Source: Promethearchaeia archaeon
GTDB lineage: Archaea > Asgardarchaeota > Lokiarchaeia > Sigyniarchaeales > SOKP01
Assembly (NCBI GenBank): GCA_029856105.1
Contig: JAHQWH010000210.1
Span: 6,813 to 70,812 of the forward strand
DNA length: 64,000 nt
Direction: 5' to 3'
The translations under genes and the position numbers were made by a program. Numbering within the stretch: the first letter of the stretch is position 1; every line of letters begins with the position of its first letter. The notes beneath the pieces were generated by a model. That model ran no database searches. It saw nothing but the letters and a program-made list of their open reading frames with translations, and was not told the origin of the DNA. Positions 17,663-26,795 of the stretch are shown one piece after another.

Positions 17663-18343
17663 ATGAAAATAGTTGTATCTGGCCCTCTTCAGTGTGGAAA
17701 ATCAAGTTTTATCAGAAATTTAGACGAAAAAGCTTTAAATGTCGAAGCAAAAGCTAGGGATAATAAGTTTTATACGGTTGGAATGGACTTAGGTATTGTT
17801 AGATTAAATGGGTTTGATGTTTTTCTATTTGGAACTCCAGGTTTATTAAGATTCAATGTTATGAGAGATGTAATCATTCAAGGGGCTGATGGGGTTATTT
17901 TTATTTTTGATGCGGCTCATCCTGAAAAAGATGAAGATGCATTAATCATATTAAATGCCCTTAGAAAAACAATAGGGGTTGATACGCCAATAGTTTATTT
18001 AGCAAACAAGCAAGATATTGCTGGTGCGAGACACGCTGAGGTGGTAAGATCACAGAATTACTTACGCGATGACGCTGTAATTTTTCCGACAAGCACAAGG
18101 ACAGGAGAAAATTTAAAAGAATCTTTAAAATATCTTGTAAATCTGATATACGACAATTATTCTTCCCTTCTCACAGTACTTCGTTCATATGAAACAAATA
18201 TCGATGGATTGGCCGAAAAATTAGAAAAAAATCCTGTTGAGATGAGAGATTTGTTAAACAACCTTGAAATAAAGAGATTTATTGAGGTTGACAGGACCTC
18301 AAGAAGTTACAAAGTAAAACATGGCTTAAAACTCTTGTTATAA
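17663..18343 (+). CDS. Small GTPase of the MglA/CvnD (COG2229-like) type with a C-terminal winged-helix-like extension
   Basis: G1 GPLQCGKSS, G3 region LFGTPGLLRF, G4 NKQD. The tail IDGLAEKLEKNPVEMRDLLNNLEIKRFIEVDRTSRSYKV looks like a wHTH. The ATG at 17663 is preferred over the upstream TTG at 17633 in the ORF track. Confidence 0.7.
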   Translation: MKIVVSGPLQCGKSSFIRNLDEKALNVEAKARDNKFYTVGMDLGIVRLNGFDVFLFGTPGLLRFNVMRDVIIQGADGVIFIFDAAHPEKDEDALIILNALRKTIGVDTPIVYLANKQDIAGARHAEVVRSQNYLRDDAVIFPTSTRTGENLKESLKYLVNLIYDNYSSLLTVLRSYETNIDGLAEKLEKNPVEMRDLLNNLEIKRFIEVDRTSRSYKVKHGLKLLL

Positions 18344-18394
18344 AGAATTTTATTTATTAGCCATATAGTTTGTTTTTTGATAATTAATTAACTT

Positions 18395-20287
18395 TTACGG
18401 CCAATCAGAGGGCAAGATTTCGTCTTTTCCATATTTCTTTAATAACTCATTTAATTCCGATCTTTGTTTAGAATGTACTTCCCAGAAAAAATTTGGAATG
18501 TCTTTTTCTGCCTTATACATTTCTTCCATGCGATCCAATTTGTTAAGTATGTTTTTGATTCTTAGTTTAAATTGCTCTGTGTAATCTTCTTGAGAATAAT
18601 TTTTATCTAATTCTAATTTAAACAATGCTTTCAGATCTTCATATTTCGGAAGATATCCAATCGGGGTTTCAATCGCGTCGAAGTCTCCTTGAGTACGACC
18701 TTCCGCCCAAATAACCCATACTTTCTTATCCAATATTTCATTTAAGTATTTGCCTTCTTTGCTTTTAAGAAAGTAATTAGTAGAGAATACTTGAGGACAA
18801 TGTTTTAATTTCTTGCCAAATTTTTGGTGGTTTTTTAAGTATTTTCCCAATGGCACGACTAGAAAATCTAAATTAGCCATTGGACTAGCTTTTCTAACAC
18901 CTACCGCACCAAGAGTGGCTGATGTTGTTTCAGATTCGATAGTAGCCCCTAAGAAGACTCCGTGCTCCCAATTTAGACTTTCAACGACAGGAGGCATAGT
19001 ATCTGAATCTCTACCGCCATAAAAAATTCCATGGATTGGTACGCCATTAGGGTCCTCTAGTTTGGGATCGCAATTAGATAGGTCAGAAAGATTTATTGTG
19101 TACCGGGCATTTGGATGGGAGTGAAGGATATTATTCCCATTTTCGTCAGTTTTTCCTTCAAACCAATTACCAGAATAATTAAAGCCTTCTTTAGGGTGAT
19201 CTTTACCCATCCCAAGCCAATATGGCTTTCCGTCCTTTATGAGAACATTAGAATAAATTAATTCTCTTGGCGTTATAAGCGCTTCGTAAATTACGGGATC
19301 GTCTTTAGGATTTACATCTTTTATAATTCCAAATATTCCCTTTTCTATGTTAACGGCGTGAGTAAATCCGTCATTCCAAGCGCGTAAATAAGCAATGTCA
19401 TCCCCTACAATTAGTTGTTCTGGAAGCATAGCAGTTGATGTTTTTCCACAAGCGCTTGGAAAAGCTCCAGTAAAATAAGTAGTGCGCTCTTTTCCTGTAG
19501 GACGAACCCCCAATATAAAATAATGTTCTGTGAGCCAATCTTCATTATTTGCCTTATTTATTGCTAATCGTAGAGCTAATTTCTTTAATCCTAGAGAGTT
19601 ACCAGCGTATTGATTATTTACAGACAAAACCCGATCTTCTTGTAAGTCTACATATATACGACGTTTACCGATATTTTTAGTAACTGGAGGATTTCCATCG
19701 AGTTCACCAGCAGAATGAATGAAGTAAAAGAAATCATCAGAACCATTAAGATCTTTGAATTCTTCGTAGCCGACACGATACAAAAGGTCTTCTGAATGTG
19801 CGACATAAAACGAATCAGTGAGTTGTAGAGCTCCGATTGTAAATTTAGAATTTAGTGGACCAAGGCAGAAAAATCTTACAAGACATTCTTTTCCTTTCAT
19901 GCATCCATCCATAATTTCTAACACTTCTTTGAGTGCTTCATCCCTATCCATTGTATTTATCCAGGGGCTCCTATATTCGCTTTTAGGAATTAACACTTTA
20001 GTGTTTTCTTTATCTCTTGCTTGATCGTAATAGCTATCGTAATGGATAGTATGTCCATTTATCTGAAGTTTAGTTTCTTCGTTAATGTCTATGGTTTTTT
20101 GTCTCACATATTCGATATCTTCTTTAGAATCAGAAATTACTGTAACCTTACTAGGTTTACATAAGTCAATAAATTGTTTTATAATCTTTAAGACATGCTC
20201 ATTCTTCAAATTAAACAATTTTTCGACATCATCTTGAGATATTAAATCTCTGTCCACAAAATTCGCAAAATCTTTTTTTTTGTCCAT
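18395..20287 (-). CDS. pckG: Phosphoenolpyruvate carboxykinase (GTP)
   Basis: 630 aa. Kinase-1a P-loop FPSACGKTS, plus YFLKS/GRDSD-type conserved blocks of GTP-PEPCK. Confidence 0.9.
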   Translation of the reverse strand: MDKKKDFANFVDRDLISQDDVEKLFNLKNEHVLKIIKQFIDLCKPSKVTVISDSKEDIEYVRQKTIDINEETKLQINGHTIHYDSYYDQARDKENTKVLIPKSEYRSPWINTMDRDEALKEVLEIMDGCMKGKECLVRFFCLGPLNSKFTIGALQLTDSFYVAHSEDLLYRVGYEEFKDLNGSDDFFYFIHSAGELDGNPPVTKNIGKRRIYVDLQEDRVLSVNNQYAGNSLGLKKLALRLAINKANNEDWLTEHYFILGVRPTGKERTTYFTGAFPSACGKTSTAMLPEQLIVGDDIAYLRAWNDGFTHAVNIEKGIFGIIKDVNPKDDPVIYEALITPRELIYSNVLIKDGKPYWLGMGKDHPKEGFNYSGNWFEGKTDENGNNILHSHPNARYTINLSDLSNCDPKLEDPNGVPIHGIFYGGRDSDTMPPVVESLNWEHGVFLGATIESETTSATLGAVGVRKASPMANLDFLVVPLGKYLKNHQKFGKKLKHCPQVFSTNYFLKSKEGKYLNEILDKKVWVIWAEGRTQGDFDAIETPIGYLPKYEDLKALFKLELDKNYSQEDYTEQFKLRIKNILNKLDRMEEMYKAEKDIPNFFWEVHSKQRSELNELLKKYGKDEILPSDWP

Positions 20288-20449
20288 CTTAATTCAAGTG
20301 AATAAATTTTTTAAGTTTATGGATAAAAAAGTGAAATTTTTATTAAAAATCTTTTTGAAGTTAGTGAAAAATTGAAAAACTTTTAGATAATATTCTAAAA
20401 TCAACAAAAAGAAGAAAAAAATTAAGAAAAAAATAAAGTAATTTACATT

Positions 20450-22036
20450 TTACATTCCAGGAGGTCTAGAGCCTTTAGCGCTGATAATTCGATCTACTCT
20501 TAAAATTAAATTTGCTAATTCACTTCCCGCTTTGATTACGTGGCTAACAAGAGCAGCGGGTTCAACTATCCCCTTTTTAAAATTATCTTCGATCTTATTG
20601 GATATAGTATCAATTCCAACCCATTTTTCGTTATCTGTTTTGTGAGCAGCGCGTAATTCCGTCATATTCTCAATTTCATCTAATCCAGCGTTTTTGATTA
20701 GAGTTTTTGGAATTTCTTCTAATGCTATAGCAAAGGCGTTTACGGCAAGTTGTTCTTTCCCGCTAATTTGATTTGCAAATTCTCTAAGTCTCTTCGCAAG
20801 CTCGATATATATAGCACCACCACCAGCAACCACGGTTTCTGTGTCCATTACTTTAGCAACTACAGAGAGGACATCGTTTAAGGTAATTTCTGCGGAATCT
20901 AGAAGTTTCTCTAAGCCTCCTTTTAGTATTATTGATACTGACTTAGGGTTTTTACATCCACTGAATAAAACATAATCGTTGTTAGCAAGTTTTTCAAATT
21001 TTACATTTTCTGCAAACCCTAAATCTTCTTCGGATAAAGAGTGGAGATCAGCAACTTTTTCTGCTCCAGTAGCTTTTGTAACGGCTTTTATGTCTGAATC
21101 GCCGAGATTTTTTATCGCAACGATTCCTTCTCTCGCTAGAAATGCACCGAATTTATCGGAAATGTCTTGATTATTAACGATCATATTCACTCCTAGATCT
21201 TTAAAGATTTTTAAGTAATCTAGCAGGATTTTATCTTCTTGATCGAGAAACTTTTGAATGTCAGCTGGGTTAGATATTCTAATTTGGGAATCGAATTCTG
21301 TTTTAACAACATCTAATTTTCTTTTAATAACGGCTATTTTCGCGTTTTTTACTACTTCTGGCATGGCGGGATTGACTCGTTCTTTCGCAATGTAGACTCC
21401 ATTTATAAGCTCAGATTCTTGGAGCGATTTTCCGGGCACCTTAACAATTAATACATTCCCTACTTTCGAAAAAGTATCTTTGGCATCTCCCTTTACGTGT
21501 TTTATGGCTTGTAAAGTTAATTCTGAAAAATGATCTTTTACACCTATAATATCTTGAGCATTCATAGCAGTTTTAGCGATATTAATAAGAATTTTATCAT
21601 CGTCTGGAGATATTTTAACAGCGATATCATTTATAATCTCTAAAGATTTTTTTGCTGCCATGCGGAATCCATGAGTAATAGGTTTTGGATGTATATCTTG
21701 TTCAATTAATTCTAGAGCGTTTCCCAATAAAGCAGCTGAGAAGATGACAGCTGTAGTAGTACCATCACCGATATCATCATCAATCGATTTGGCGATATTT
21801 ACCATCATATTCGCAGCAACATTATCAATATCAAGCTTCTTTAATATTTCGGCGCCATCGTTCGTTATTGTTACGTCCCCTATAGAATCTACAAGCATTT
21901 TATTCATGCCTTTTGGTCCAAGAGTAGATTTTACGGATTCAGTAATTGCTATAATCGCATTTATGTTTTGCATCCGAGCTTCTTTCTCTTTAGTTTCCTC
22001 AGTTCCTTCTTTTAATATTATTATTGGTACAGACAT
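20450..22036 (-). CDS. ths: Thermosome subunit (group II chaperonin)
   Basis: LGPKGMNKML, GDGTTTAVIF, VAGGGAIYIEL and the C-terminal GM-containing tail. 528 aa. Confidence 0.95.
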   Translation of the reverse strand: MSVPIIILKEGTEETKEKEARMQNINAIIAITESVKSTLGPKGMNKMLVDSIGDVTITNDGAEILKKLDIDNVAANMMVNIAKSIDDDIGDGTTTAVIFSAALLGNALELIEQDIHPKPITHGFRMAAKKSLEIINDIAVKISPDDDKILINIAKTAMNAQDIIGVKDHFSELTLQAIKHVKGDAKDTFSKVGNVLIVKVPGKSLQESELINGVYIAKERVNPAMPEVVKNAKIAVIKRKLDVVKTEFDSQIRISNPADIQKFLDQEDKILLDYLKIFKDLGVNMIVNNQDISDKFGAFLAREGIVAIKNLGDSDIKAVTKATGAEKVADLHSLSEEDLGFAENVKFEKLANNDYVLFSGCKNPKSVSIILKGGLEKLLDSAEITLNDVLSVVAKVMDTETVVAGGGAIYIELAKRLREFANQISGKEQLAVNAFAIALEEIPKTLIKNAGLDEIENMTELRAAHKTDNEKWVGIDTISNKIEDNFKKGIVEPAALVSHVIKAGSELANLILRVDRIISAKGSRPPGM

Positions 22037-22144
22037 AATTTTATGTGTTTTTTTAATTTTTAATATAAAGAAATATAAGAAGAATTCAATAATAATTTTA
22101 TGATTTGGAGATCATTTAAATGTAAAAAACTTCAATAACAAAAA

Positions 22145-22209
22145 TTATAAATTTTACAATAAATATTGAATTGTTGTAATATAAATTTTACAATAAATAT
22201 TGAATTGTT
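22145..22209. repeat. Perfect 31-bp tandem direct repeat (two copies, 3-bp spacer) in the thermosome/Lrp divergent intergenic region
   Basis: tataaattttacaataaatattgaattgttg occurs at 22145..22175 and again at 22179..22209. Each copy begins with a TATA-like tataaa. Confidence 0.9.
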
Positions 22210-22254
22210 GAACAATTTTAAAGAATATATCACTTTTTTTGGTCTCGTTTAAAA

Positions 22255-22713
22255 ATGAAAAAAGAAAAAATCTTGGACGATATCGACAAGGAAATCTTAA
22301 AAATCTTGCAAAATAACTCTAAAACATCTTATCGAGTTATTCAAGACAAGTTAAATATCTCTATCGGTACTATTCATAATAGAATAGCAAAACTCGAAAA
22401 TAATGGTATAATAGAGGGTTACACTCTTAAACTCAACAACGAAAAGCTCGGTTACAAGTTAACATTTTTAATAAGAATACAAATTGATGGTAAACACACA
22501 CCTGAAATTTTGGACCAAATATCAAAAATACCTGAGGTTTGTTCTGTCTTTCATACTACTGGGGAGCAGTCCGCAGCTTTAATTTGCCGTTTTAAAGAAG
22601 CAGAAGATGTCCATCATTTTATTAGGGTGTTAAATGAGAAAGAATACGTAACGAAGACTATTTCTAATATGGTTCTAAAAGAATACCGCCCTCGTTCAAG
22701 TATTCAATTTTAA
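22255..22713 (+). CDS. Lrp/AsnC family transcriptional regulator
   Basis: HTH LDDIDKEILKILQNNSKTSYRVIQDKLNISIGTIHNRI plus a RAM-like C-terminal domain. Divergent from the thermosome gene. Confidence 0.85.
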   Translation: MKKEKILDDIDKEILKILQNNSKTSYRVIQDKLNISIGTIHNRIAKLENNGIIEGYTLKLNNEKLGYKLTFLIRIQIDGKHTPEILDQISKIPEVCSVFHTTGEQSAALICRFKEAEDVHHFIRVLNEKEYVTKTISNMVLKEYRPRSSIQF

Positions 22714-22879
22714 GACTGTAGAGTAATTAAAAAATTCACAATTTTTATTCTATAGTTAAAGTAAAGACTATTTTATCTAATCTTTTTTATCTTCTGGGAG
22801 AGATTTAATTTATAATAAATTTAATATATAATGTAATATCTTCGAGTTATGCCTTTTGATGCCATATTTGTGCCACATA

Positions 22880-23509
22880 TCAAATAGAATTGACATTTTT
22901 ACCTATTAATAACCACATTGTATGACATTCTGTATCTTTAGAATAGTTTTTGTGAAAATATTCAAATAGGTCAACAATATTCAAAAATTTAAAGTCCTCC
23001 CGAAGCTCCTCTTCTGAACAGAAATGAATGAAGAACTCACTTTGAAATGAATTTGGATCATTTTTTACGGATACGCCTTTTCCATAATATTGTTTATCAT
23101 TTGAGGAAAGTGTACTCAAGAAAAAAAAACCATTTGTTTTTAAAATCTTCTTGATTTTAAGAAAAAATGTGGTTCTATCAGCTATATTAAAGAAATGGTA
23201 CACACCTGAAATGTAAATTATATCATATTGAGTATCATCTAAATCCTTCCAATCCATGCATTCAAATGTGACATTATCTTTGTTTGAATTAAGCTCAATT
23301 GCATTTTCTATAGCTTTTAATGAAATATCAATTCCTTGTATTATGAGATTATCTAAATTCGAAGATAAAAAGTCGATATCGCGTCCATCGCCACATCCAA
23401 TGTCTAGAAATGTGAATTGATTAGATTTAATCAATTTTTTTTGAAGAAAACTTAAAGCTACACTAGCAGTTTTACTAACTTTATCATCGCCACTTGGTAT
23501 ATGGTTCAT
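22880..23509 (-). CDS. Class I SAM-dependent methyltransferase
   Basis: Motif I FLDIGCGDGRD, post-I GIDIS and a motif II-like IIYISGVYHF. Confidence 0.75.
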   Translation of the reverse strand: MNHIPSGDDKVSKTASVALSFLQKKLIKSNQFTFLDIGCGDGRDIDFLSSNLDNLIIQGIDISLKAIENAIELNSNKDNVTFECMDWKDLDDTQYDIIYISGVYHFFNIADRTTFFLKIKKILKTNGFFFLSTLSSNDKQYYGKGVSVKNDPNSFQSEFFIHFCSEEELREDFKFLNIVDLFEYFHKNYSKDTECHTMWLLIGKNVNSI

Positions 23510-23594
23510 ACATTTACTTAATCAAAGGAGAGTTAAAAAATTGAATGAAAAACTTGGCATTTATTTTGTAAGACTTTGCATTTATTTGGAAAAT

Positions 23595-24008
23595 TTAGCA
23601 TTTATTTTGGAAATTCACAGGTTTAAAATCTAAAGAAATTGAATTGATACAATATCGTAATCCTTTGGGTTTAGGACCGTCGTCAAATACATGCCCCAAA
23701 TGACCTCCACATTTGTTGCATAATACTTCCTCTCTTTCCAGGTCTAAACTGAGATCTGGCTTTATATCGACGTCTTTATCGCTTATAGGAACTGAAAAGC
23801 TAGGCCAACCGCAACCAGATTCAAATTGGGCGTTTGAATCAAATAGAGGCCCCCCACACCCAGCACAATAATAAACGCCTTTTTCGCGATTATTCCAATA
23901 TTTTCCTGAGAATGGTCGTTCGGTTCCTTTTAACCTTAACACGCGATACTGTTCTTTAGTTAATTTTTGCTTCCATTCGTCTTCAGATTTAGAATCTTTC
24001 GCTGTCAT
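23595..24008 (-). CDS. msrB: Peptide-methionine (R)-S-oxide reductase MsrB
   Basis: Zinc CxxC pairs CAGCGGPLF and CNKCGGHLGHVF, and the catalytic RYCINS. The internal ATG at 24008 (MTAKDS...) is preferred over the hydrophobic 17-aa extension in the ORF track. Confidence 0.9.
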   Translation of the reverse strand: MTAKDSKSEDEWKQKLTKEQYRVLRLKGTERPFSGKYWNNREKGVYYCAGCGGPLFDSNAQFESGCGWPSFSVPISDKDVDIKPDLSLDLEREEVLCNKCGGHLGHVFDDGPKPKGLRYCINSISLDFKPVNFQNKC

Positions 24009-24226
24009 AACAATAAAAGAGTAAAATGTAGATTTAATATACTTAGTGGTTATATCCACTTAATTAAATTCATATTCTATTAACAAAAAGAAGTTGAAAA
24101 TTAAAAAAAGTGTTTGAAATATTATTCGAGCACTTAAATAGTTCTTTAAGTATCAAAATTTTTATTTGGTTTCTATTTTTATAATTATCAATAATATACC
24201 TAAAAAAGCAAAAAAGAGAATTAAAA

Positions 24227-25315
24227 ATGCTTGATCCTTGGGGTTCCTCTGGTCCTACAAACGATGAGGATTACGAGAGAATAAAAAGAGAGTTTGGAAT
24301 TGAAGAGATTGACGAATTAGTTCGCCAAAAATTAATTAGAAATAGATTTATTCGGAGAAAAATCATTTTTGGGCATCGTGATTTGGGTTTAGTATTAAAT
24401 GCAATCGAAAAAAAACAACCATGGGCTGTAATGAGTGGAATAAAACCATCTGGGCCATTTCATCTAGGAACCTCAACTACTGCCTTAGAAATTATTGAAT
24501 TTCAAAAAATGGGAGGGAAGGCGTATTATTGTATAGCAGATATTGAATCTTGGGAGGATAATGGAATTACGTACAAAGAGGCGGAACCAATTGCTGTTGA
24601 TAATCTTGCAGACATATTAGCACTTGGTTTAGATCCTTCGCCTGATAAAGCATATATTTGGAGGCAATCAAAAGAACCTATTGTTAAAGATGTATGCTTT
24701 AAAGTAAGTAGATTAGTAACTCAAAACATGTTAAAGGCAATTTATGGAGAGAAGACATTTGGGCTTTATTTATCCGCGCTAGTTCAAACCGGAGATATTA
24801 TAATTCCTCAAATTTTAGAGGGGCCACAACCAGTTATAGTCCCCGTAGGGATCGATCAAGATCCACACATAAGACTTACTAGAGATCTTACGCGACGATA
24901 TTACAAAACATTTTTCATACCAGGAGCTACTTATCATTATTTATTGGCAGGCATAGACGGATCAGAAAAAATGGCAAAAAGAAATCCTAATAGTTATTTT
25001 ACATTTAACGAACCTTTAGAATCTATAGAGAGAAAGGTTAAAGGAGCTCTTACGGGTGGACGTAAAAACAAGAAGGAACAACAAGAACTTGGCGGTGAAC
25101 CTAAAAATTGTATGATTTATAAAATGTTAATGTACCACTTTGAAGATGATGATGCGGTTTTAGCTGATGAATTTGAAAGGTGCATTAAAGGTGAGTTAAT
25201 GTGCGGAGAGCATAAAGCACAATGCGCCGAAAAGGTTTTGAAATTTATTAAACAACATCAAAAGAAAAAGGAAAAACTAATTGATAAAGCTAGAGAGCTT
25301 TTAGATATCGAATAG
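24227..25315 (+). CDS. trpS: Tryptophan--tRNA ligase (archaeal/eukaryotic type)
   Basis: N-terminal DPWGSS...DYERIKREFG, PSGPFHLGT (HIGH-region variant), GIDQDPHIRLTRDL and KMAKR (KMSKS variant). C-terminal GGEPKNCMIYKML...GELMCGEHK. Confidence 0.75.
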   Translation: MLDPWGSSGPTNDEDYERIKREFGIEEIDELVRQKLIRNRFIRRKIIFGHRDLGLVLNAIEKKQPWAVMSGIKPSGPFHLGTSTTALEIIEFQKMGGKAYYCIADIESWEDNGITYKEAEPIAVDNLADILALGLDPSPDKAYIWRQSKEPIVKDVCFKVSRLVTQNMLKAIYGEKTFGLYLSALVQTGDIIIPQILEGPQPVIVPVGIDQDPHIRLTRDLTRRYYKTFFIPGATYHYLLAGIDGSEKMAKRNPNSYFTFNEPLESIERKVKGALTGGRKNKKEQQELGGEPKNCMIYKMLMYHFEDDDAVLADEFERCIKGELMCGEHKAQCAEKVLKFIKQHQKKKEKLIDKARELLDIE

Positions 25316-25359
25316 TTCTTAATTCCCTACCTACTATATGATGTAGATTTTGTGGAAAT

Positions 25360-26286
25360 CTATAATAAAGCTTTTAAAATCTCTGTTAAATCAGAAAGGA
25401 AATCTGAAACTTTTTCTATAAATTGTTCTTTTAATTTTTCTTTCATAACAACTGAGACAAATAAAGATTCTTCTTTGAGTTTTATTCGATGTAGATATGA
25501 TATTAATTCATTTCCAATCGTTGAAAAGGTAGAATCAGTCTCATAAGTTTCCTCTTGCATTCTTTTAAGTAAAAAGAGGTGTTCCTTAATCGATTCGAGA
25601 AGTTCAATGTATATTTCTGGTTCTATAACATCGTTGTAGAACTCACTCATAATAATACCGTTTTTATCGAATACTATTAACGACTTACTATCGAATTCCT
25701 TGATGTACTTTTCTAAAAGCTCAGAAAGTTCAAAGAATTTTTCATCAAATACTGATAACCCATAAGAAATAAGTTGAACTATTGAAATAATATCGTAAAT
25801 TGATGTTTGTTGGAATAAGATTTTAAATGAGTGATATTTTTTTAGAATATTTTCTCTTAATTCTTCAATCTGATCAACCATTTCCTCGTTCCCACGAAAT
25901 TCGGGGTCGAATTTATGAAAGCTAATTAATAAAGGAACATCCATTTTATGCTTCTTGAAATTATGCAAAATCATATCTAAATAAGCGAGAGTAGTTCCAA
26001 TTCTTTCCGTATCTTGAATGTCAATGATATATACTAGCAAATCAGTATCCGCAAAATAAAGCTCTTGCTTCTCTTGATATAACTTTCGATATTGCTCTTG
26101 CCCACCCATATCCCAAAATACAATTCTGTTATTTAGAAACTCGGTTGCTTGATATTCAACTCTAATCGTTGGCGTAAGGGAAATTATATCTTTATGAAAG
26201 TCATATTTCTTATTTAACGCTGTTAATATCGATGTTTTACCCGCGTTATCTAAACCAGCTATAATTATCTTGATAAATCGTTCCAT
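25360..26286 (-). CDS. Rag/Gtr-like small GTPase with a C-terminal roadblock-like domain
   Basis: G1 GLDNAGKTS, G3 WDMGGQEQY, and G4 HKFD (His in place of Asn, as in the RagA HKMD). It has a TSIYD block and a ~130-aa alpha/beta tail (SLIVFDKNGIIMSEF...). 308 aa. Confidence 0.65.
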   Translation of the reverse strand: MERFIKIIIAGLDNAGKTSILTALNKKYDFHKDIISLTPTIRVEYQATEFLNNRIVFWDMGGQEQYRKLYQEKQELYFADTDLLVYIIDIQDTERIGTTLAYLDMILHNFKKHKMDVPLLISFHKFDPEFRGNEEMVDQIEELRENILKKYHSFKILFQQTSIYDIISIVQLISYGLSVFDEKFFELSELLEKYIKEFDSKSLIVFDKNGIIMSEFYNDVIEPEIYIELLESIKEHLFLLKRMQEETYETDSTFSTIGNELISYLHRIKLKEESLFVSVVMKEKLKEQFIEKVSDFLSDLTEILKALL

Positions 26287-26546
26287 TCTTATAAACCAAT
26301 ACTTATTGTAAAAACTTATTAAAAAATATCGATAAAACCTTTTTTAAACGAAGTTTATAATGAAATTTTTTAATAGTAAGTGAAATTCATTATTTTTAAT
26401 CTTATGGTCTTTTTCAATTTTGCCTCTAATTCGTACCAATTTCTCAAATTTCTAATATTACTTGAAAAATACATACATGACACTTTTATTTTATAATAAG
26501 AACTATTTTAATTTCGTTAAATAGTAATTTATAAAAGTGGATTGAA

Positions 26547-26768
26547 TTGAACGAAGAGGAAAACCAATTTTTGGAATTTTTACATTATCAAATAAACCAG
26601 AAAAATAAATTTGAGAACGTGGTACGAAAGATTCCCATGTTTAAAAGCATGATACAAGATGGTCATAAAACTATCTTAAAGATGATAGATAAATTCGAAA
26701 ATATTCGCCGCCGAGAAACATATGACAAGTTAGTGCACGAATTTAATAATATGAACCAAAAAAATTAA
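26547..26768 (+). CDS. Hypothetical small protein
   Basis: 73-aa ORF with a TTG start in a 500-bp gap. No motif, so the coding status is uncertain. Confidence 0.3.
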   Translation: MNEEENQFLEFLHYQINQKNKFENVVRKIPMFKSMIQDGHKTILKMIDKFENIRRRETYDKLVHEFNNMNQKN

Positions 26769-26795
26769 TTATTTTTTACTTTTATTATTTCACAA

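Noticed and set aside
25352-25546. 64-aa plus-strand ORF overlapping the 3' end of the Rag-like GTPase gene.
   Set aside because: It is a shadow ORF of the roadblock-like tail coding region and has no motif.
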